This document shows positions 40,955 through 48,782 of a DNA stretch of 64,000 nt, piece by piece (the stretch's first letter is position 1; each line of letters opens with the position of its first letter). A program made the position numbers and the translations under genes. A model generated the notes under the pieces. That model had not been told where the DNA came from. It made no database searches and saw only the letters and a program-made list of their open reading frames with translations. Location of the stretch: the IMG/VR virus record IMGVR_UViG_3300021963_000023, positions 186,001-250,000 of that record. One strand, given 5' to 3'.

Positions 40955-41331
40955 GTAAAAAATACGCAATGTATGTTGGTAGATGGCAAAATTGGCATAA
41001 GGGCCACGAATGGCTTATTAACCAACAATTAGATAAAGGAAAAGATGTGTGGGTTGCAATTAGGAACGTGCCAACGGATGAAAATAACCCTAAGACCGCA
41101 CAGCAAGTTATGATGGATCTAAGTGAAGAACCTTTCTTTAGAGAAAATTCACAAAGAATTAACATATCAATTATTCCTGATATTGAGAGCATTAATTATG
41201 GTAGAGGGGTTGGTTATGATGTAATATACCACGAACCTCCTGCGGATGTGGCGGTTATTAGTGGAACGGCAATTAGAACCGGACATATGACACCCGATGG
41301 TACAATAACATATGACCAAACTAAAGGATAA
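40951..41331 (+). CDS. HxGH nucleotidyltransferase (cytidylyltransferase-like); candidate minimal ATP sulfurylase
   Basis: 'GRWQNWHKGH', 'NP' and 'ISGTAIR' motifs; coupled to cysC. Confidence 0.7.
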   Translation: MSKKYAMYVGRWQNWHKGHEWLINQQLDKGKDVWVAIRNVPTDENNPKTAQQVMMDLSEEPFFRENSQRINISIIPDIESINYGRGVGYDVIYHEPPADVAVISGTAIRTGHMTPDGTITYDQTKG

Positions 41332-41540
41332 TGATAGTAGAAAAGAAAAGACATATAGCTAAAACCATCTCATATCGAATTGTAAGTACCTTAATTGGAT
41401 TCTTATTAATGTGGATGATTAGTGGGTCGATTAAAGTTGGTGCGGCTTTTGGTGTTGCAGAATTGATTTACAAGCCAATACAGTATTATCTACATGAAAG
41501 AATATGGTATAGATGGATTAAGTATGGTCTTAAAAAATAA
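41331..41540 (+). CDS. DUF2061-like small membrane protein
   Basis: 'RHIAKTISYRIVST...YYLHERIW' pattern, a family often found next to sulfate-activation genes. Confidence 0.7.
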   Translation: MIVEKKRHIAKTISYRIVSTLIGFLLMWMISGSIKVGAAFGVAELIYKPIQYYLHERIWYRWIKYGLKK

Positions 41541-41549
41541 TAAAACGCT

Positions 41550-42029
41550 ATGATTAACACATATCAAAATTTATTATCTGAAGAAGATTTGTTTTTCTTG
41601 AACTCGATATGTTTAAATTTTGTGGAAACACAAGTACCATATAAAAATAATAACTATGTTAGAAAAAGTTTAAACGTAAAAGAAGAATTATTAGAATACC
41701 AAGAAAGGTGTTCAAAATATTTACCAGATGGGTATAAATTAAGTGGGTTATGGATTAATAAGGTAACCGAAGAAACAAATATTAATGATGATTTTCATAA
41801 CGATGAGGCGGACTTAACTATCATTACCTACATTAATGAAGATTTTGAGGGTGGGGAATTTGAGTATTTTTTAAAAGATAAAGAAATAAAAATAACACCT
41901 CAAATAAATCATACAATTATGTTAAATAAAAAAACAAAACACCGAGTTTTAAATGTAATTAGTGGATGTAGATTTAGTTTAATTTCATTTTATACAACAA
42001 TAAAAAAAGAAGAAAAAACACTAATATGA
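41550..42029 (+). CDS. 2OG-Fe(II) oxygenase
   Basis: HND...YINEDFEGGEF...HRV..V.SG.RFSL. Ends KKEEKTLI. Confidence 0.8.
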   Translation: MINTYQNLLSEEDLFFLNSICLNFVETQVPYKNNNYVRKSLNVKEELLEYQERCSKYLPDGYKLSGLWINKVTEETNINDDFHNDEADLTIITYINEDFEGGEFEYFLKDKEIKITPQINHTIMLNKKTKHRVLNVISGCRFSLISFYTTIKKEEKTLI

Positions 42030-42589
42030 TTGATAATATAGAAATATTTGAAAACTTTCTATCACCTGAAGAATGTAATATTATTTTAAATAAATGTAAG
42101 AGTGAATTAACATTAGAAACTGCTAAAGTGTATAATAATAAAAATAATAAAAATAGTGAAAATACACGTAGAAAATCGTCTATTGCTTGGATATCTGATT
42201 TAGGATTTTTAAATGAAAGATTAACAAGTAAATTAAGAGAGTCATTCAATATAAACGGAATGGAAGTTACTGGTTTAGGTGATTATCAATTCACTGAGTA
42301 TAAAGAACAAGAATACTTTGATTGGCATGTAGATAGTACTGATTTGTTATATAGAGATAGATTCGCATCTATAGTAATTCAGCTAAATGATAACTACACC
42401 GGTGGCATATTGGAAATTAAAAACAGTAAAGGTGAAGTTGTACCAATAGAGAATAGAATTGGAACATTATATGTTTTTAATTCAAGATTACTTCATAGAG
42501 TAGTACCTGTGGTTGAGGGTGTACGTTATTCGTTAGTTAATTGGATATCATTGGTTAAAACCGATTTTAAAAAACAAAATTTAATATGA
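42026..42589 (+). CDS. 2OG-Fe(II) oxygenase (prolyl-hydroxylase/PKHD-like)
   Basis: WHVD...QLNDNYTGG.L...HRVVPVVEGVRYSLVNW. Ends KKQNLI. Confidence 0.85.
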   Translation: MIDNIEIFENFLSPEECNIILNKCKSELTLETAKVYNNKNNKNSENTRRKSSIAWISDLGFLNERLTSKLRESFNINGMEVTGLGDYQFTEYKEQEYFDWHVDSTDLLYRDRFASIVIQLNDNYTGGILEIKNSKGEVVPIENRIGTLYVFNSRLLHRVVPVVEGVRYSLVNWISLVKTDFKKQNLI

Positions 42590-43203
42590 TAAACGGGTAC
42601 CACATATTTGATGATATAATTCCAGAATTAAATCAAAATAAATTAGAAGAATATGTTAAGTTTTCAAATTTAAAATGGAATTATCAACACAACATTACGG
42701 GGCTATATGGTGGAACGGATTCATTAGAATTACCCGCAAATGTTTTAAAGGGTATTGATATTACAGACACTACAATTCTTAATATAATAAATTCAATAAA
42801 GTTAAATTTACTAAATAAACTTAATTTGGAATTTGAAAAGGATTATCGATATAAAATAAATTGGACCACCCCTATAGGAAAAAAATATGATTTTAAAAAT
42901 TTAATACATATTGATATGGATGTGGCCCATATTGCTATTGTTTATTATATAAACGATACCGATGGCAACACTATTTTTTTAAATAATAAAAATGGAAATT
43001 CTTCAGAATCCCATCAAAATAATTTTAAAGGTGTCAATTTGGATGATTTTGAAATTGTAAATAGAATACCACCCAAAAAAGGTAGGGCGGTTATATTTGA
43101 TGGTAACATTTATCACTATGGCGAATACCCAACAATAACCGATAGATTTATAATTAATTTTGATTTAGTTGGTAAAAATAAGAACAAAAATAAATTAATA
43201 TAA
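42586..43203 (+). CDS. 2OG-Fe(II) oxygenase
   Basis: HID...YYINDTDG.T...PKKGRAVIFDG..YH...RFIINF. Ends KNKNKLI. Confidence 0.75.
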   Translation: MINGYHIFDDIIPELNQNKLEEYVKFSNLKWNYQHNITGLYGGTDSLELPANVLKGIDITDTTILNIINSIKLNLLNKLNLEFEKDYRYKINWTTPIGKKYDFKNLIHIDMDVAHIAIVYYINDTDGNTIFLNNKNGNSSESHQNNFKGVNLDDFEIVNRIPPKKGRAVIFDGNIYHYGEYPTITDRFIINFDLVGKNKNKNKLI

Positions 43204-43204
43204 T

Positions 43205-43843
43205 ATGGAAAAGATATTTTTTGATGACACAACATACATTTGGAAAACCAAATTAAATTATACAGGTGATAAATCATCTTTTTTAAAAGAAGCGTACTCT
43301 CTTATAGAATCCCAACCTAAAGTTAAATCAGATGGATTTGGATATAAAAGAGAATGGAACGAACATTTAAATTTTATTGGTGATGTTAAGGTTGAAACAA
43401 AATTAGATGAAATTTTTAAAATCGGTATTAATAAATGTAAAGAAATTTATAATGAAAAAAATATAAATTACAATAAAATCAATACAGACTCTTGGGTTAA
43501 TGTTGTTCGATCAAAAAATCCAGTACAAGACAATTTTCACAATGGTAAAAAATATCATATACATACCGAAATTAATAAAGGAAACAAACAATTTATTCCA
43601 CACTATACATATGTTTATTATATTCAAATGCCAGATGTAATGAATGGCGATGATGGTGTATTGTGTTTTTTAGGTGAAAATAAGAAAGAATATTTCATCA
43701 AACCAGAAGAAGATGATTTAATTATTATGGAGGCACATATCCCACACTCTCCAAATAGTGCACCAAACTCCACATTAGATAGAATAGTTATGGCTGGAAA
43801 CGTTGGTTTTGATTTTATTAAAAAAGAAAAAACAATATTATAA
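43205..43843 (+). CDS. Putative 2OG-Fe(II) oxygenase
   Basis: SWVN...HIH...YVYY...PEEDDLII...PHSP...RIVMAGN. Ends KKEKTIL. Confidence 0.7.
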   Translation: MEKIFFDDTTYIWKTKLNYTGDKSSFLKEAYSLIESQPKVKSDGFGYKREWNEHLNFIGDVKVETKLDEIFKIGINKCKEIYNEKNINYNKINTDSWVNVVRSKNPVQDNFHNGKKYHIHTEINKGNKQFIPHYTYVYYIQMPDVMNGDDGVLCFLGENKKEYFIKPEEDDLIIMEAHIPHSPNSAPNSTLDRIVMAGNVGFDFIKKEKTIL

Positions 43844-44565
43844 TGCTAGTAGAAAATAAATTTTTATTTGTAAATCTACCAAGATGTGCTTCAACCTCTT
43901 TTCATATATCATGTTTAAGAAGTGGATTTAAAATTGAACATTACGGCCAATCATTTGTAGACAATTATCATACACCAATTAATTTAACACTTAGTAATGA
44001 AGAGCTAGCAGACAACATGGTTCATCTTCATGAAAGATTAGATGTGTTACTTTCAAAATTTGGGAATGAATATGATATCATATCCATAAAAAGAGATAAG
44101 TACGAAAGATTCTTATCATTGTGGAAGCATATAATCGATATAGCACACATGGAAGGTAATATCGAATTATATAATATATTTAAAAAACTAGAGTTAGAAG
44201 ATATTTTATTTTATAATTATTCAGATTTAATATCGAATGAGGAGTCTGTAATATCTGAATTTGTGAGAAGAAATAAAATTGAAAAACATATGACAGACAT
44301 TCTTTATACTATGTTAATTATTTTAGTTAGACATGTCTCATTTTGGCATAATAATAATCCCAAAATAAAATGGTTTGAATTTGGTGAGTTTACAGAATTA
44401 GAAGAATGGGTTTCTAATAAAACAGGTAAACCATTTAAAATGGGGAAATCAAATGGAAGTCAACATTTTGATTGCAAATTAAAAATGAATAGTGATTTCA
44501 TAAAAAGATATAATAATATTTATGATTATTATGATTTTCAAAAAAATGTTAAGACACTAATATAA
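43843..44565 (+). CDS. Sulfotransferase-like protein (Sulfotransfer_2-like)
   Basis: 5'-PSB-like 'FVNLPRCASTS' and 3'-PB-like 'RDKYERFLSLW'. Ends KNVKTLI. Confidence 0.65.
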   Translation: MLVENKFLFVNLPRCASTSFHISCLRSGFKIEHYGQSFVDNYHTPINLTLSNEELADNMVHLHERLDVLLSKFGNEYDIISIKRDKYERFLSLWKHIIDIAHMEGNIELYNIFKKLELEDILFYNYSDLISNEESVISEFVRRNKIEKHMTDILYTMLIILVRHVSFWHNNNPKIKWFEFGEFTELEEWVSNKTGKPFKMGKSNGSQHFDCKLKMNSDFIKRYNNIYDYYDFQKNVKTLI

Positions 44566-44566
44566 C

Positions 44567-44869
44567 ATGATTAACACCCCTAATATCGATTATAAAGAAA
44601 TATTTGAAGCCTGGAAAATTTCACTCAAACCAACACTAAAACAAGAAGAATTGGCTAAACTTAGGCTTGAGGTTTGTTTGGGGTGTAATTATAGAAAAGA
44701 AGTGGTTAAGGGGTTAAAATGGAGCACTCTTTGTGGAAAATGTGGATGCCCCTTAAATAAAAAAGTGTTTTCCCCAAATTATAATTCCTGCCCAGAAAAA
44801 TTATGGGGTGATATTGATTCTAATTATTTGGAACCTCTTAACCCCAAAAATAAAAACACTTTAATATAA
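44567..44869 (+). CDS. Small Cys-rich (metal-binding) protein
   Basis: R..VCLGC...CGKCGC.L..K......CP..W. Ends KNKNTLI. Confidence 0.65.
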   Translation: MINTPNIDYKEIFEAWKISLKPTLKQEELAKLRLEVCLGCNYRKEVVKGLKWSTLCGKCGCPLNKKVFSPNYNSCPEKLWGDIDSNYLEPLNPKNKNTLI

Positions 44870-44954
44870 ATAGTATATATCTATATATGTATATACAAAT
44901 TTTAAAATGGTGATTAGTGATATTTATATAATAAGAAATAAAAAATAAGATTTT

Positions 44955-46448
44955 ATGAAAGCAACAATAATTGGTAGTGATTTTTTACAAAAAGATGGTT
45001 CGGTCAAATTTTTGGAAATAAATACAAACACCACAATCTATAATGAGGGCGCGGATTTGTTAGAATATGACGCGTTATTTAATATGTTAAATGTTAATAA
45101 TATTACAGAATTTCATTATATATGGACGGAAAATGATGCATATAGCCCATTAAATCAGGCACACAGATTTGTGCAAATATTAAAAACAAAATGTGAGGAA
45201 AATAATATATCATATACTGATCATATTGTGCCAATGAATTCGGTAACTGTACCTTTTATTGAAGACGCTAATAATAAATTTATCTTAAGACAGTCCTTTG
45301 ATACTACCGCATTGGTAGATGAAACATATTGTGCTGATAAATTTGAATTTTTTAATTTAATGAAAGATTCACAATATATCCCCAAAACACATTACACATC
45401 GGATACATTAAATTTAAATACTTTGGATGAGGTGAATTATACTGATACTGAAAACCCAAACGTATTAATAAAATATCGTTATCCACAATATGATAAATCA
45501 TTATACCCGGCCCTATATGCAGTTTCTAATAATACCGAATTATCTGATACAATAAATTCTGCTGAAAGTAATTTTTTAGTTCAAGAATTTATATTTTCAG
45601 AAGAAAATTTGGTGGAGGGTAGATATTCGATTATAAGAGGGATTGATATCATATATGGGTCTAATTTAGATGTTATTAATATGGGTGGCTATAGTCAATC
45701 CACGATAATACCGGTTTTATTTGCAACTACAGAACTTATTCCCAATACAAAAAAATTAAACCAAAAAAGTAGATACAAATATATTACAAAAGATGTTGGT
45801 GGATCAAAAGGAAAAGATTATCATACCGATGATGATTCAAATATTTTAAACTATGATGGCTCATTAACAAATGTTAGTACAATACAATTGGGTGATTATG
45901 TTCGTTCTATTAATTTTGTGGATTCAAATGAAAATGAAGCTAAAGCTTTTACTAATGAAATTTTAACATACGGTTGGGATAGTACATTACAGCAATCAAA
46001 TGACACATTAGTACCATTACAATCTGAATTAGTGGGTATGATATCATCATCAGTTGAAATGGTAATGATAAAAATAACATTAGAAGATGGTAGAACTTGG
46101 TCAGATACTCCTGCGTGTGTATATTATATTGAAGAAAAAGATTCAACAGCAACTAGGTTTGAAAAGGTAAATAGTCTATATGTTGGTGATAAATTAGTTA
46201 TAACCGATTCAAATACTAATCAATTAACAACCATAACAATTACGGGATTAGAAATGATATATGAAACCAAAACAATTTACACATTAGATTTTGCACCTTC
46301 TGATTTATTCTTAGTTGATATTGGCGATTTTCAATTTAGTGTAATGCATAATGGTTGCTGGTGTAGTTATTCATATTGTGGTAACTGGTGTTATTCATCA
46401 TGGTGTCCAACCTGTCAATATGGCGGGTTTCAAAAATTTCAACCCTAA
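44955..46448 (+). CDS. Circularly permuted ATP-grasp domain + Hint (intein-like) domain + C-terminal 31-aa Cys-rich peptide
   Basis: ATP-grasp motifs: 'GSDF...DGSVKFLEINTN' at the N-terminus, then 'ADKFEF...IPKT', 'VLIK' and 'LVQEFI'. Hint blocks: 'ILNYDGS...IQLGDYV', 'ITLEDGR...T', 'LYVGDKL' and 'IYTLDF..SDLFLV...VMHN'. These are followed by GCWCSYSYCGNWCYSSWCPTCQYGGFQKFQP. Confidence 0.75.
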   Translation: MKATIIGSDFLQKDGSVKFLEINTNTTIYNEGADLLEYDALFNMLNVNNITEFHYIWTENDAYSPLNQAHRFVQILKTKCEENNISYTDHIVPMNSVTVPFIEDANNKFILRQSFDTTALVDETYCADKFEFFNLMKDSQYIPKTHYTSDTLNLNTLDEVNYTDTENPNVLIKYRYPQYDKSLYPALYAVSNNTELSDTINSAESNFLVQEFIFSEENLVEGRYSIIRGIDIIYGSNLDVINMGGYSQSTIIPVLFATTELIPNTKKLNQKSRYKYITKDVGGSKGKDYHTDDDSNILNYDGSLTNVSTIQLGDYVRSINFVDSNENEAKAFTNEILTYGWDSTLQQSNDTLVPLQSELVGMISSSVEMVMIKITLEDGRTWSDTPACVYYIEEKDSTATRFEKVNSLYVGDKLVITDSNTNQLTTITITGLEMIYETKTIYTLDFAPSDLFLVDIGDFQFSVMHNGCWCSYSYCGNWCYSSWCPTCQYGGFQKFQP

Positions 46449-46482
46449 GATTTTTAATAAAAATATAAAATAAAAACATATC

Positions 46483-46629
46483 ATGGCAAAGACCCCAAAA
46501 ATAAGAGAAGAAAGACCATCAACTGTTATCAAGTTAGTAATTAGTCCACTATCTACGGATGTAAAGACAAAAATATCAACAGCATTTCAAGCAGTTGTTA
46601 CCGCTATAAAAGATAAACACTTATCATAA
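46483..46629 (+). CDS. 48-aa basic small protein, not in the ORF track
   Basis: ATG at 46483 to TAA at 46629 (MAKTPKIREERPSTVIKLVISPLSTDVKTKISTAFQAVVTAIKDKHLS). It has an A-rich leader and fills an otherwise empty gap. Confidence 0.6.
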   Translation: MAKTPKIREERPSTVIKLVISPLSTDVKTKISTAFQAVVTAIKDKHLS

Positions 46630-46664
46630 GTTAAAAAGACGAATGTTTGTTCATCCATTTATAT

Positions 46665-47234
46665 ATGATAAATCATTCAATCAATAATAACGTATTTACA
46701 CAAACCGAATGTCTTGATATAATTGATTTTTGTATTCAACACGGTAAACCTTTTTCATATCGTCCGAATGAATTTTGGGATTGTAGAAGAATACATGATG
46801 AGGGATTTAAGGAACAAATAATTACTTCATTAATGAATAATTATAAAACCGGGAATTTTAATTTATGGTTTGATTTTGATGATTTTAATCTAAGGAATTT
46901 TCTTATTAGTTTAACATCTTATTACGATGGTAGATACCTAAATTTACACAAAGATATTGATAGTGAGTTAACGTCGGTAATTGTATTATCAAATGGATTT
47001 GAAGGTGGTCAATTCGCATTAAGTGATAGTAACAGACCAGATATTCATTTTAATAAAATGGATGATATTACTACTTATGATTTAAAAATTGGTGATATGA
47101 TATCCTTCAATGGGTCAAAAACCTATCATGGGGTTTTACCGGTCACAAATGGTACACGATATGCCTTAAATATTTGGATGGATAACATCAATTCTGACCG
47201 ATTAAAACGTAAAGTTGAAAAAACATTGATATGA
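46665..47234 (+). CDS. 2OG-Fe(II) oxygenase
   Basis: HKD...FEGGQF...GDMISF..YHGVLPVTNGTRYALNIW. Start moved to the ATG at 46665. Ends KVEKTLI. Confidence 0.85.
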   Translation: MINHSINNNVFTQTECLDIIDFCIQHGKPFSYRPNEFWDCRRIHDEGFKEQIITSLMNNYKTGNFNLWFDFDDFNLRNFLISLTSYYDGRYLNLHKDIDSELTSVIVLSNGFEGGQFALSDSNRPDIHFNKMDDITTYDLKIGDMISFNGSKTYHGVLPVTNGTRYALNIWMDNINSDRLKRKVEKTLI

Positions 47235-47728
47235 GTATATTAATTGTTGCATTACCTAGAACCGGTTCAACTTCATTATTATATAAATTAGCAAAAGAAA
47301 AGGGATTAACTCCGATATTTGAACCATTCGATAATAGTGGAAGATTTAAGTATAATGGTGAAAAAAACGTAGTCCTTAAAACAATAATATGTCATCACCC
47401 AAACAATTTTGAATTAAGTAAGTACTTTGACAAGGTAATATTATTATCTAGAAAAAATATATTAGAATGTGTAGAATCTCACGCATACCAAATCTACTTC
47501 TCAAAAAAGAAAAATTACAATTCAAATCATCAATATTATTACGAAGAAGTACCATCTAAGTTATTTGATTTATGTTATAATGATGTAATGAAATGGAATA
47601 AGGATTTGAGTGAATTATCTTATAGACTTAACACCCCAATTACATATTATGAAGACATATATGATATCAATAGTAATGAAAGATTACGAAAAGGGAATAA
47701 AAGTGAATTTAATAAAAAACTAATTTAA
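47231..47728 (+). CDS. Sulfotransferase-like P-loop protein
   Basis: 'VALPRTGSTSL...EPF...ILLSRKN...ES...YYEDIY'. Ends NKKLI. Confidence 0.65.
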   Translation: MSILIVALPRTGSTSLLYKLAKEKGLTPIFEPFDNSGRFKYNGEKNVVLKTIICHHPNNFELSKYFDKVILLSRKNILECVESHAYQIYFSKKKNYNSNHQYYYEEVPSKLFDLCYNDVMKWNKDLSELSYRLNTPITYYEDIYDINSNERLRKGNKSEFNKKLI

Positions 47729-47733
47729 TTATT

Positions 47734-48141
47734 GTGAATTATACAACACCATATGATTTTTTAAAAAATTGTGTAATGACTAGAATCAAACCAAGTGGGG
47801 TACACGGTGTTGGTGTTTTTGCAATTAGGGATATTAAAAAGGGTGAAACCGTTTTTGAATTTTGGCAAGGAAAAACGGGGATATATGAAATTTCTAAAGC
47901 TGAGTTTGACACCTTTTCAGAGGAATTACAAGATTTTATAAGAGCAATGCGTGGTCACCCGTATAAAGTTAAACTTACAAATGGGTGTGTATATGGTTGT
48001 ACAAATCATTATATTAATACAAATTTTGAAAACGGAACGGTTGATTGTTTCACATTTAAAGCATTGGCCGATATTCCATTAAATGAGGAGTTGTTTAGTA
48101 ATTATGGGAATAACCATAGACATGAATATAAATTAATATAA
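47734..48141 (+). CDS. SET-domain protein (putative lysine methyltransferase)
   Basis: 'PSGVHGVGVFAIRDIKKGE', 'YIN', 'ALADIPLNEELFSNY'. GTG start. Ends EYKLI. Confidence 0.8.
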   Translation: MNYTTPYDFLKNCVMTRIKPSGVHGVGVFAIRDIKKGETVFEFWQGKTGIYEISKAEFDTFSEELQDFIRAMRGHPYKVKLTNGCVYGCTNHYINTNFENGTVDCFTFKALADIPLNEELFSNYGNNHRHEYKLI

Positions 48142-48142
48142 A

Positions 48143-48706
48143 ATGATTATTACAATACTATGTGAACCTAGAAGTGGATCTACAAATTTGGCCAATTGGT
48201 TTTTTATAAGAAAGGATTTCACGGTATTATATGAACCATATAATATTAAGTCAGAATGGTACAAGAACAAAATACCACCCCAAAACTGGGAATTTACAAC
48301 TGAACATCTATTAATAAAGGAAATTTATTCAAAAGAAATAAATTATACCGATTTATTAGACATATCAGACAAAATCATTATTCTTTATAGAGAAAATGAA
48401 TATGAACAATCGCTATCCTGGGAAAATGCTGTTGCAACAAATAACTGGGATAGGCCGTGGGTTTATGAAGAAAACTCTGAAAAAAAACAAACCGTAGGGT
48501 TGGATTATTTTTATGATATAAAAGAAGGTATTAAAGAAAATTATATTAATAAGAATTATTTCACAATATCATACGAAGAATTATATTATAATAATGGGTT
48601 TCAAAGGGTTGTGGATTACCTTAATATTGATGGTGTTGAGAACACTGGGTTCCCATATGGCCAGAAATATAGAATTAATACTGACAAACCCAGGCCATTA
48701 ATTTAA
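48143..48706 (+). CDS. Sulfotransferase-like P-loop protein (Stf0-like)
   Basis: 'EPRSGSTNL...EPY...IILYREN..EQSLS...ISYEELY'. Ends KPRPLI. Confidence 0.65.
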   Translation: MIITILCEPRSGSTNLANWFFIRKDFTVLYEPYNIKSEWYKNKIPPQNWEFTTEHLLIKEIYSKEINYTDLLDISDKIIILYRENEYEQSLSWENAVATNNWDRPWVYEENSEKKQTVGLDYFYDIKEGIKENYINKNYFTISYEELYYNNGFQRVVDYLNIDGVENTGFPYGQKYRINTDKPRPLI

Positions 48707-48782
48707 ATCCTTTTATAAAACCAATATTTTAATTACCATAATCAAAGGACAAACTATTTATCTATGTATAATACACATTTAG

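Noticed and set aside
45822-46352. Mobile, splicing intein
   Set aside because: There is no N-terminal Cys/Ser, no block B His, the +1 residue is Gly, and no homing endonuclease is present. It is treated as a cleavage-only Hint domain.
24600-48141. Eukaryotic or giant-virus origin, suggested by the GT7, SET and C1q domains
   Set aside because: Overlapping ATGA/TAATG operons, -35/-10 promoters, intrinsic terminators, S74-type fibre chaperones and an outer-membrane barrel all indicate a bacteriophage.
19412-48706. Stop-codon reassignment (TAG or TGA), as known in some large phages
   Set aside because: Paralogues 19412/19890/20362 end at equivalent positions with TAA/TAG/TAA, the LI tag is followed by either TGA or TAA, and coding density under code 11 is already near complete.
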